A DNA stretch of 64,000 bases. It comes from Desulfomonilia bacterium. Lineage in GTDB: Bacteria > Desulfobacterota > Desulfomonilia > UBA1062. The translations under genes and the position numbers were made by a program. The DNA is taken from positions 1-64,000 of the forward strand of contig CAXXDQ010000009.1 in the NCBI GenBank assembly GCA_963664325.2, read 5' to 3'. Below, one piece after another: positions 19,798 through 28,664 of this stretch (position 1 is its first letter; each line of letters opens with the position of its first letter). The notes under the pieces were generated by a model. The model saw only the letters and a list, made by a program, of their open reading frames with translations. It was not told the origin of the DNA and did not search any database.

Positions 19798-21264
19798 ATG
19801 AACACAACAATGTATCGCACCATGATCAGACCGGCTCTTATAATCTTTTTTCTGTTAATCCCTTTTTCAGCCAATTCCGCCGACGGATTGTACACCGCAA
19901 AGGCAAAAGATGGCGTTGTCCTCAAGCTTAAAAGATACAGACCCGATGAAAACGCCCCTTTCAGGACGGACGGGCAGCCGGTTATCCTCTTTAACGGCAT
20001 ATTTGCGAACATGAATGAATTCCTAACCCACACGCCGAAAGAGCGGGAGAATGATTACAGGGATATGGAACTCCCAAGCCCTCTTGCCAAATGGGCTCAG
20101 GGCGATAAGTATATTGAACGGGACCCCATGCTCTATTACAGCATGGCCCATTATTTCTGGCTGAAAGGTTATGACCCCTGGCTTACAAACTACAGGGGAA
20201 CAGGCCGCGGTGATTTTAAAAGCGGGAAAGGCAGCAATTTGACCACGCTCGACATCTGGGGAGTCCTCGACAGTGATGCATGCATAGACAAAGTTATAGA
20301 GATAACCGGTAAAACCCCCGTCATAGGAGGTCACAGCACGGGCGGTTTCGCCTGTTATGCATATCTTCAGGGAACATCTTTTGATATTGGAGAATTAAAG
20401 AAAGGCTATGCCGGCGGCTACCTGCCGCACCTGAAATCGGATCCTCTTCTTGCTGCGGAGCGCAATGCAAAGATCAAAGGCTATATTGCAATCGACCCTG
20501 GACTCACTCCCTGGGTACCGGATGTCATTGACAACCCTGCAATATGGAAGCTCCTAAACAATCCACTTTACCTTGATGTCGATTCTCTCATGGATAATGC
20601 TGTCAATCCACTTTTAAAAAACAGCGGAGTAACGATAGCCACATTGGACCTCATTTTCGGAACCATAAACAAACTTGACAAGCTTTACGGCGGGAGCCTC
20701 AACCTGATCCCATATCTCGATTTCTGGTACATGGATAATACCCATCCCTATGTAGCGGATTTTTACGGGCGCTATGCCTTTGCAAGCACCTACATGAGAA
20801 GTCTTGGTCAATGGGGTGATCTGGGGCTGCACAGAGCGATAAGGGAACACTGGAAAAACGGGGAGGAGAATAAAGATGTCCTTGCCGGACCTGTACCCGA
20901 CAGGGGTAATGACGGATATTATTATTACGACAGTAACATGTACCTTCTGAGCGTTCCGACCATAGCGGTTCTGTCGGAATCCAATGCCCTTGTCATTGCC
21001 GATGATGTCGTCGAACTCCTCATGAATGCAAAGACCCCAAATCTATATGACGAATGGCATCTAATCCCTGATTCGGCGCATGTCGACGTGCCCTGTGGGC
21101 TGAACGCACCTGATATTACATTTCCTTATATCGGGGAATGGCTTGATAAAATATGCGCCGAGCCTGAACCCGAAGGAGAGCAGACAGCAGAAACTGAATC
21201 CGCCGATGCCGATTCGGATTCGCCGGAAAGCAGCACCATATGTTTTATTACGGCAAGCCTATGA
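19798..21264 (+). CDS. Secreted alpha/beta hydrolase (lipase/esterase-like) with an acidic linker and C-terminal CFI motif
   Basis: Signal peptide, nucleophile elbow GHSTGG, His motif SAHVD. Ends ...ESSTICFITASL. Confidence 0.75.
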   Translation: MNTTMYRTMIRPALIIFFLLIPFSANSADGLYTAKAKDGVVLKLKRYRPDENAPFRTDGQPVILFNGIFANMNEFLTHTPKERENDYRDMELPSPLAKWAQGDKYIERDPMLYYSMAHYFWLKGYDPWLTNYRGTGRGDFKSGKGSNLTTLDIWGVLDSDACIDKVIEITGKTPVIGGHSTGGFACYAYLQGTSFDIGELKKGYAGGYLPHLKSDPLLAAERNAKIKGYIAIDPGLTPWVPDVIDNPAIWKLLNNPLYLDVDSLMDNAVNPLLKNSGVTIATLDLIFGTINKLDKLYGGSLNLIPYLDFWYMDNTHPYVADFYGRYAFASTYMRSLGQWGDLGLHRAIREHWKNGEENKDVLAGPVPDRGNDGYYYYDSNMYLLSVPTIAVLSESNALVIADDVVELLMNAKTPNLYDEWHLIPDSAHVDVPCGLNAPDITFPYIGEWLDKICAEPEPEGEQTAETESADADSDSPESSTICFITASL

Positions 21265-22119
21265 CAGCTTAAGCGCCTCAATCCTTTTTTCAAGAGCAGG
21301 GTGGGTTGCGAAAAGTTCGATGAATGAGCCCTTGCCGGCTATCATAAGCGTATTAAGCGACGGCGCCCTTTTATCAATAGGCTGATAGACCGCCTGCAGC
21401 TTCTCAAGGGCGGCTATCATTTTATCCTTTCCCACAAGGTTTGCCGAACCCTTATCGGCGCGATATTCTCTGGTCCTTGAAAAGCCGGCCACTACTATCG
21501 AGCCGAGAATGCTGAATATGATGTCAAGAGCTATGGTAAGAACAAACCTCACCACATATGTCATCTCCTCCCTTACCCCCAGGCTTACGAAATAGCTGAT
21601 TACCCGTGAGAGGAACATGGCGAACGAGTTCACGATTCCTGCAATGAGCGTCATTGTAATCATGTCGCCGTTTGCAATGTGGCTTATCTCATGGGCCAGC
21701 ACCCCCTCGATCTCAGCGCTGTTCATATTATTCAGAAGGCCAGTCGAAACAGCCACCAGGCTTCTTTTCTTTGTAGGGCCTGTTGCAAATGCATTCATCT
21801 CAGGGGAATTGTAAATTCCCACCTCAGGCATGGGCAGATTGGCCTGCATGCATAGCCTGCTTATAAGCGCAATCATGGGATGCCCTGAATTCGGGTCGAT
21901 AATTTTAACGCCATAGGCGTGCTTTGCAATGAACTTCGACATTGCAAGCGAAATGAATGCACCCGCCATACCCCATATCAGGCAGAAGACGGCAAGGGCC
22001 TGCCAGTTGAGTCCGTATCTGGTAAGGTAGGGATTTATTCCGAGGATGTTTATGATTATCGAGATGGTTACCATCACCAGGATATTCGTCAGGATGAAAA
22101 GCATTATTCTCTTGAACAT
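21259..22119 (-). CDS. htpX: Protease HtpX (M48 zinc metalloprotease)
   Basis: NAFATG, VLAHEISHIANGDM, FSRTREYRAD and FATHP. Confidence 0.95.
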   Translation of the reverse strand: MFKRIMLFILTNILVMVTISIIINILGINPYLTRYGLNWQALAVFCLIWGMAGAFISLAMSKFIAKHAYGVKIIDPNSGHPMIALISRLCMQANLPMPEVGIYNSPEMNAFATGPTKKRSLVAVSTGLLNNMNSAEIEGVLAHEISHIANGDMITMTLIAGIVNSFAMFLSRVISYFVSLGVREEMTYVVRFVLTIALDIIFSILGSIVVAGFSRTREYRADKGSANLVGKDKMIAALEKLQAVYQPIDKRAPSLNTLMIAGKGSFIELFATHPALEKRIEALKLS

Positions 22120-22191
22120 GAGTCTCCTCCCGGTTTGTATATTTTGTGTTTATCGTTAAAATACAGGACACGAATAAGCCGGAGCAATTAT

Positions 22192-22208
22192 TTTTACAAT
22201 TTGTAAAA
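22192..22208. promoter_or_regulatory. Palindrome upstream of htpX (possible operator)
   Basis: TTTTACAA-T-TTGTAAAA perfect inverted repeat about 75 nt upstream of htpX. Confidence 0.35.
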
Positions 22209-22290
22209 TATCTGTTTGAAATATCTTGATCATGAATACAAGCAGAAGGCGGCCGGATTATCAATGTATAACCAGTCTTGATTAAAGAAC

Positions 22291-22614
22291 TTATTGCCGG
22301 AAATAAAATGGTAGGCGTATATGGATTATCCCCATTGTCACTAAGAATATCAACCCGATAAAAAGCGTGTATCCGGAAGCAAACACTTTTACACAAGCCG
22401 TGGCAAGAGAATTGGCAGGCTCCTTTCTCCCCAGAATCATAACCGCTTTTAAAATGGAATCGACCAAATCAAATCCAGCTATCCAATGATAGCCTGAGAT
22501 GCCAATGAATAAAGTGACTGCGATCAAGGTGCCTCCCATCAAAACAGACGTGGCCATCCTTTTGACAAAAACTGATGTAGGAGCAAGTTTTTCATGTTTA
22601 TGTTCAAATATCAT
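22291..22614 (-). pseudogene. Small membrane protein (MIFEHKHEKLAP... type), apparently degraded and 3'-truncated
   Basis: ATG after GAGG and two hydrophobic segments flanking GYHWIAGF..VD. The frame runs into the att-like tRNA 3'-end copy and stops shortly after. Confidence 0.5.
22309..22327 (-). repeat. Degenerate copy of the tRNA-Val 3' end (att-like direct repeat)
   Basis: AATCCATATACGCCTACCA versus tRNA AATCCCTACGCGCCTACCA (26414-26432): 16/19 identical, same orientation, ends in CCA. Confidence 0.65.
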
Positions 22615-23259
22615 AGCCTCAAAACATGTTGCATAATGTATGATATTTAACCTTTGTCCCGCCAAATATTGCAGGATGTGAGTCAGGAAGCAAGCAGGGC
22701 TTCAGATGTCAGATATTTCTCAAAAATTACTAAGATTTATACTTCCAACTATAATTCTTCATCTATGGCCTGACCCCTTAAACATACAGAAGACAGCGAG
22801 CAGAGCTAAGATTATTATTTAATTTTACTGCCACCTGAGTTACAATCAAATCAATCAGCATTTCCAAAGTATGTCTTCAGGTATTTCGTAGCCATAAATC
22901 AGGATAACTCTGATTGTGAACGCCTCCAAAAGTTTATATCAATAGGCTTAAAATTTACATAGAGTATCTGATCCTGAAGTATGATCGTATCCAAAACAGC
23001 AAAATATATTTAACAGCAATTGGGATTCGGATAGAAACCGAAGTAGAGATGGAGAAATGAAAGCTGTAACAGAAAGCATTTATATAGGGTTGGTGGGTTG
23101 GGACACGACACAATCTCAAGGAATATTTTTCGCTTCAGGGAGTATATCTCGTGGTGGGTAGTGACCTTTTTCAAGGGATGATATTCTTTGTAAGCAAAAA
23201 GAACACATCAGACATCACCGTCTGCATGACGACAAAAACCAAAGAGAGGAGAGAAAACA

Positions 23260-23994
23260 ATGAGACAGCAAAACAAATATTTGCGGGCCAGACTTAATGT
23301 AACATTTGTCATCTTGCTATTTAGCATGACTTTTTCGTTTGCCGGATGTGGAGGTGGCGGTGGAGGGGGTGGTGATAATGGCAGTATATCGCCTAACTCA
23401 CCCACGACCTTTAGGTTATTTTCTAATGGGTATTTTACAGCAGGTACCCAGGAATATTACAACTTGACTGGAAATAGCACTGATGGATCGTCATATACTG
23501 GGACTCTTCTTATAGAACCCCAGAGTGCTACAACATTCAATGGTGCGGCAGCCATTCCAGTAGAAGATCAATTATCTTTAACAAATACAGATATTAACAC
23601 TTCCATAACACTCACAGGTGTTGAATATTTTAGCACTGATGCAAGCAATCTTGAATTATTAGGCTATAATAGTAACGACGAAGGAACTACTTCTTCTGGA
23701 GCTTCTTTGAGTGTTATACCACAAAGTGCCAGTATTGGTGATTCCGGAAGTGTTGGAACATATACTTTTAGTAATGGTGATATATTAACAATTAGTTGGG
23801 AACTAACTCAAGCCAGTGGTAGCTACGCCAATTTAGTTATGTCATCAACGGTAACAACTAGCACGGGAAGTATGCTGTTAACTGAAGAGAATACCTTTGT
23901 CATAGATCAAGATGGCAATCGCCAATCTGTCACGATAGTACTTGATGTAGTATCATATGGAATTTCGGTAACTTTATCGGGAAATAAATCCTGA
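23260..23994 (+). CDS. Hypothetical Ser/Thr-rich lipoprotein with a poly-Gly linker
   Basis: SD GAGGAG, lipobox FAGC followed by G9, and a beta-strand-like body. Confidence 0.75.
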   Translation: MRQQNKYLRARLNVTFVILLFSMTFSFAGCGGGGGGGGDNGSISPNSPTTFRLFSNGYFTAGTQEYYNLTGNSTDGSSYTGTLLIEPQSATTFNGAAAIPVEDQLSLTNTDINTSITLTGVEYFSTDASNLELLGYNSNDEGTTSSGASLSVIPQSASIGDSGSVGTYTFSNGDILTISWELTQASGSYANLVMSSTVTTSTGSMLLTEENTFVIDQDGNRQSVTIVLDVVSYGISVTLSGNKS

Positions 23995-24083
23995 CAATTC
24001 ACTCCAGTGAATTAAAAAATGTTAGAAATTATCTTCTTCCAAGATTTGTTATAAACCTTTTAACAGAAGGTTTAAATAAAGCA

Positions 24084-24106
24084 TCCCTGCTGCAAGCAGC
24101 GGGGTA
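24084..24106. repeat. GC-rich hairpin resembling a REP/IS200-IS605-type end
   Basis: CCCTGCTGC-AA-GCAGCGGGG followed by TAC, isolated in AT-rich intergenic DNA. Confidence 0.4.
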
Positions 24107-24524
24107 CTTTTCTTTGTCATCATAATTGTTGATTTTACACCGGAGGCAAAGTCCCCAGATGCAATCTGCTGTTTTTCAAGACGACCTTTCCATGGCTTAT
24201 TTCAATTCGCCACTAGCCATACCTCTCAACTGATCCACTGCTCAAGAACCTCTGCATCCTGTCCGTAAGACATCTCTTCTTTCCCCTGCATCTGTCCAGC
24301 CGGATAGGAAGTATTGATGGCAAGGACAAAGCAATCGTTATTCAGAATAATCTGATTTGCCCTACTTACCTACCTGCTTGTTGGAGTTCTTGGAACCTAT
24401 AGAGAACTGATATCAGGTTAAGATGTGGATTTTTTGAAGGGTCAAGTTAGAGACCTGTCTCAAGACAAGATGCATCCAGATATAATCACCACCAGATGAA
24501 CGCTATCAGTATGGGAAGTTCTGA

Positions 24525-25061
24525 TTATATATTCGCTGCCATTGTAACTGTAGATGGAATGTCGCTTATGTGTTTTCCATAATGAGCGAACTTAATGGTT
24601 TTGTCAGGTGCAACTATAAAAACAGCCGGAAGCTGTGTCTCATGTCCTTCAAATTTACCGTGCTTATAGCCTTGTAGAGTCGCTTTAACAGCCATAATCA
24701 GACCTGCAGGGTGAATGTATTTGAGGATACTGCCGTATTTCACATGATAAAGTTGAAAAAGATCACCCTTTGGATCGCATATGATGGTGAATGGCCAGTC
24801 TTCTTTTTTTGTAGAGGCAACCACAGTTGAAGGAGGGCTTTGCAGGATTACAAAAAGAACTGCACCTTTTTGTTCTATGAGGTTTATTTCGCGCTTCAGA
24901 TTAGCCATATCGATTTGGCAGACTGGGCACCCGAGATAGCGCAAAAAGACTAGAACTGCCGGTTTACTTCCTGCATCTTTAAAAAAGCTTTTTCCTTCCT
25001 CCCAGGGCGTCACAAATTGAAAGTCAGGAGCCTTGTCGCCTACTCTAAGTTTTATATCCAT
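24525..25061 (-). CDS. AhpC/TSA-like (peroxiredoxin-like) thioredoxin-fold protein
   Basis: VGDKAPDF, VFLRYLGCPVC and QLPAVFIV. Confidence 0.85.
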   Translation of the reverse strand: MDIKLRVGDKAPDFQFVTPWEEGKSFFKDAGSKPAVLVFLRYLGCPVCQIDMANLKREINLIEQKGAVLFVILQSPPSTVVASTKKEDWPFTIICDPKGDLFQLYHVKYGSILKYIHPAGLIMAVKATLQGYKHGKFEGHETQLPAVFIVAPDKTIKFAHYGKHISDIPSTVTMAANI

Positions 25062-25254
25062 TTTACCTTTTCCTCCTTTTCTGTTCTATCCATCTTCGCA
25101 ATGGTTTAGCCTCATAAAATATTAAAAGTGTTTTCATCTCTGTCTTTAGTAAACATTTTTATAATTATGACTGATTGTCAGGATCAGATCAATCAAAGGA
25201 GAAGTATCACAACTCTGATTGTAATGCGAAGGCAAATACTACCCCATCCCATGA

Positions 25255-25539
25255 TATGAGGCCCTTCATGAAAACCCGCTCAGGAGGAACATAAATGGGT
25301 GCATTGATAAAATATGCTATTATTTCGGTAGGGCATGCAAGAAAGCTCTGGGATATAAGATAGGTATGGCAAAGGCTTGCCGCACTTCCTTTGCTCAACA
25401 GATGGCAAACAAAGGAATGGAAATATCAATGCTATCCCGATGGCTTCGTCATAGCGATACAAGTGTCACAAAATGATATTATGAGTTTAAAACATCAAGT
25501 ATGAAAAGTGCTGTTAATAAGGTAAGAAAATTAAAATAA
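25255..25539 (+). pseudogene. Tyrosine integrase C-terminal remnant
   Basis: Frame +1 reads ...KACRTSFAQQMANKGMEISMLSRWLRHSDTSVTK*YYEF... (box II R...H...Y), with an in-frame TGA at 25474 and no intact 5' part. Confidence 0.7.
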
Positions 25540-25571
25540 TTACAAATTCTAAAAGTCATTAGTTATTAAAA

Positions 25572-26297
25572 TCAATCTATTATTTTATTAATCAATACCC
25601 TTTTTATTTGATCATCATTTATAATAATTACTTTATGGTTACTTGTAAAAGGAGGTTTATATACAAAGTATTTTCCATCCATGTGAGCTATTAATATCAA
25701 ATCAATTAAATCTGTCTGATAGGATTCTTTCAATTCAATTGTTATTTTCTGTTTAGTTCTATTTTCTAAATATTTAGCTTTATCTAATCCTTCGTTTCGA
25801 AAATAAAAGCCTGAACATCCAATAATAAAAAGAAAAAAGAAAATAATATTGTTTTTTGTAATTTCCAAAGTGCCATCAGTTTCTTTTTCTATTTTTATTA
25901 CAAATGCAAGAAACAATAAGATAACCGAAAACCAAAATATTATTTTCCAACATATCAAATTATATCGATAAAGTAACAATTTATTATAGAAAGTACTTAT
26001 GCATATAAAAAATCCAATCAAAAGAATTATAACTCTATTAACAATAATTTTTTGATTAGTATTATCATCGGAAGATTTTATTCTTAACACTGCAAAAAGA
26101 TAAATTAAAACAAATAAAAGAAAAACAAACCATGTACTGGCAATTATCTGATTTACTGAGAGGGTGAGAAAAGTTGAATCTATTCCAAAATAATTTAGAT
26201 ATGCATTCCAATAATCCCAACCAAGAATATAAATATAACCAGTTGTAGCTGTAAAGATAACAGCAAGATCAATTGTTCTTCTTGTTTCAGAGTTCAT
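25572..26297 (-). CDS. AT-rich hypothetical multi-pass membrane protein
   Basis: 241-aa ORF with about 5 hydrophobic segments. Very low GC, directly downstream of tRNA-Val. Confidence 0.7.
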   Translation of the reverse strand: MNSETRRTIDLAVIFTATTGYIYILGWDYWNAYLNYFGIDSTFLTLSVNQIIASTWFVFLLFVLIYLFAVLRIKSSDDNTNQKIIVNRVIILLIGFFICISTFYNKLLLYRYNLICWKIIFWFSVILLFLAFVIKIEKETDGTLEITKNNIIFFFLFIIGCSGFYFRNEGLDKAKYLENRTKQKITIELKESYQTDLIDLILIAHMDGKYFVYKPPFTSNHKVIIINDDQIKRVLINKIID

Positions 26298-26413
26298 ATA
26301 TTAAACAAACCTTTTAATTATATTTCAATAGGTCATGTCAAAGTTCATGTATGAGTGAAATGTGAGTAAATGGATTATCAATTCCCATAAAGCCTCATAA
26401 ACAGAGATTGCAT

Positions 26414-26488
26414 TGGTAGGCGCGTAGGGATTTGAACCCTAGACCCCCACCGCGTCAAGGTGGTGCTCTCCCCCTGAGCTACGCGCCT
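26414..26488 (-). tRNA. tRNA-Val(GAC)
   Basis: AGGCGCGTAGCTCAG...CCACC-TTGACGC-GGTGG...GGTTCAAATCCC...CGCGCCTACCA. Forms a cloverleaf with encoded CCA. Confidence 0.97.
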
Positions 26489-26655
26489 GCGTGGCTGTTT
26501 GGTTATCCTTTAAAAAGTCCGTTTGTCAACCCTTTTATCTAAAGATTATTTTTTCCTTAATTCTTTTGATTAAGATTGACGTCAGGTAAATTTATCATTA
26601 TTTCTTAGTGTTGCAAGCGCTCTTGCGAAACTAGGATCTAAAGAAAGGATACATC

Positions 26656-27774
26656 ATGTTAAAAGTTGGATTTATCGGCTGGAGAGGAATGGTCGGTTCG
26701 GTCCTCATGGACAGGATGAAAGCGGAAAATGACTTCAAGGGGTATGAGGCTTTTTTTGCAACCACATCACAGGTGGGCCAGACGGGGCCTGATGTCGGGC
26801 TTCCTGTAAAACCGCTTGTGGACGCATACGATATAAAGGCCCTTGCCGCTGCAGATATCCTCGTGACATGTCAGGGCGGGGACTACACAAAGAAAGTTTA
26901 TCCTGAGCTGAAGGCAGCCGGGTGGAACGGTTACTGGATAGATGCGGCTTCAGCACTTAGAATGAAAGATGATGCCGTCATCATACTTGACCCTGTCAAC
27001 AGGGGTGTCATTGACAAGGCCCTTGCCGCCGGCATCAAAGAGTATATTGGCGGCAATTGCACCGTGAGTCTGATGCTTATGGCAATCGGCGGCCTTTTCG
27101 AAAAAGGGCTCATAGAATGGATGACCTCCATGACATACCAGGCGGCATCAGGTGCCGGTGCAAACAACATGCGCGAACTGGCCATGCAGATGGCCGTGCT
27201 CGGCAGCGCTTCCAAAGCGCTGCTTGACGACCCTGCATCCGCCGCCCTTGAAATAGACCGCAAGGTTCAGGAAACTATTGACAGCGGGGCCCTGCCGACC
27301 CAGTATTTCGGAGCGCCCCTGGCAGCGAGCCTGATTCCATGGATTGACTCTGCAGTGGAAAACGGCCAGACCAGGGAGGAGTGGAAAGGTTACACCGAAA
27401 CCAATAAGATCCTCGGCCTGTCAAAGCCTGTACCTGTCGACGGTCTTTGCGTGCGCGTAAGCTCGATGCGCTGCCACAGCCAGGCTTTGACCATTAAGAT
27501 GACCAGGAACCTGCCGCTGGATGAGATTATCAGCATTATTGCCGGCCACAATGAATGGGTCAGGGTAATCCCCAACAATAAGCCCGACACGCTCAAATAC
27601 CTGACGCCAGCCGCTGTCAGCGGAAAGCTCGAGGTGCCTGTAGGCAGGATACACAAACTCAATATAGGCGAGGAATACCTGACGCTCTTTACCTGCGGTG
27701 ACCAGCTCCTGTGGGGAGCTGCGGAGCCCATAAGGCGCATGCTGAACATAGCGCTTGATTATATCGGAAAGTGA
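26656..27774 (+). CDS. asd: Aspartate-semialdehyde dehydrogenase
   Basis: GWRGMVGSVL, GGNCTVSLML, YQAASGAG and GDQLLWGAAEP. Confidence 0.97.
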   Translation: MLKVGFIGWRGMVGSVLMDRMKAENDFKGYEAFFATTSQVGQTGPDVGLPVKPLVDAYDIKALAAADILVTCQGGDYTKKVYPELKAAGWNGYWIDAASALRMKDDAVIILDPVNRGVIDKALAAGIKEYIGGNCTVSLMLMAIGGLFEKGLIEWMTSMTYQAASGAGANNMRELAMQMAVLGSASKALLDDPASAALEIDRKVQETIDSGALPTQYFGAPLAASLIPWIDSAVENGQTREEWKGYTETNKILGLSKPVPVDGLCVRVSSMRCHSQALTIKMTRNLPLDEIISIIAGHNEWVRVIPNNKPDTLKYLTPAAVSGKLEVPVGRIHKLNIGEEYLTLFTCGDQLLWGAAEPIRRMLNIALDYIGK

Positions 27775-27779
27775 TTCGT

Positions 27780-27810
27780 GTTCCGGGATGGCACACAGCC
27801 ATCCCGGAAC
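27780..27810 (+). terminator. Strong hairpin after asd (terminator or RNA-stabilising stem)
   Basis: GTTCCGGGATGGC-acaca-GCCATCCCGGAAC, a perfect 13-bp stem with a weak T tail. Confidence 0.6.
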
Positions 27811-27827
27811 CCATTTTAAGGACCGGC

Positions 27828-28394
27828 ATGAAAATTCCACCAGGGCAGATTGCGTTTGACTTCGACGGCGTGGTAGCGGACACCTTCAGGCTTTTTGTCA
27901 GGCTGGCATGCTCCGAATACGGAATCGATATCAAATATGAATCGATCACTGATTACGAGTTCCTGAATGTAGTAAAGATGGACAGGGCCCTTGCCGAGAG
28001 GCTTATCGAAATCCTGACCGATATCCCTCATGAGATTGACCTGAGGCCCAATACCGGAGCCTCGGAGATACTGACCAGACTTTCAGCTTTTGCCCCTGTC
28101 ATGGTCGTTACGGCCAGGCCTTATGGCCGCCCGGTCGAAAAGTGGTTTGAAAAACACCTGCCTCATCTGAAAAATTTAATCAGTGTTGAAGCAACAGGTG
28201 AGAACACAACCAAGCTTCCTTTCCTCCAGAAGAAAAATATTAAATACTTTGTTGACGACAGGCTCGACACATGCAGGCAGCTTGCGGATGAAGGAATCAC
28301 GCCTATTGTCTATGACCAGCCCTGGAATAAAGGTCCCCATGAATTCAAGGTTGTCAGGAATTGGCATGATATCGCCGATATAATAGAATGGTGA
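27828..28394 (+). CDS. HAD-superfamily hydrolase (5'(3')-nucleotidase-like)
   Basis: FDFDGVVADT, VTAR, K, FVDDR and PWN. Confidence 0.85.
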   Translation: MKIPPGQIAFDFDGVVADTFRLFVRLACSEYGIDIKYESITDYEFLNVVKMDRALAERLIEILTDIPHEIDLRPNTGASEILTRLSAFAPVMVVTARPYGRPVEKWFEKHLPHLKNLISVEATGENTTKLPFLQKKNIKYFVDDRLDTCRQLADEGITPIVYDQPWNKGPHEFKVVRNWHDIADIIEW

Positions 28395-28664
28395 AAATAA
28401 AATGTCGGATCGTCCCCCATTAACGACCCGACTTTTTAAGAGCCCTGCTATGTCTGCCGGATTTTTTCTATAAATGTTTTATCGACATATTTCAGATATG
28501 CTTGAGCATATGAACAAAAGAAAAGCCTGCTGCATCAGAGGCAACAGACTTTTCTTTTCTTGACAGTGCACAGTGCAGAAAATGCCTGACCGGCAATGCC
28601 AGGGGCTTTCTGCCGCGTGGCCATGACAAAGCACAGCCTTTTTGTTATTTTGAGACAACAGCAA

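Larger units (their letters stand above)
22309..26432. mobile_element. Decayed integrative islet at tRNA-Val(GAC)
   Basis: Flanking att-like repeats, a tyrosine integrase relic, AT-rich orphan genes and low coding density. Confidence 0.7.

Noticed and set aside
25474-25476. In-frame TGA in the integrase relic as selenocysteine or readthrough
   Set aside because: It is not at a Cys-homologous position, no SECIS-like hairpin follows, and the 5' part of the gene is also lost.
26604-26635. Hairpin in the asd 5' UTR as a lysine riboswitch
   Set aside because: It is far too short and lacks lysine-riboswitch consensus, so it is probably a simple stabilising stem.
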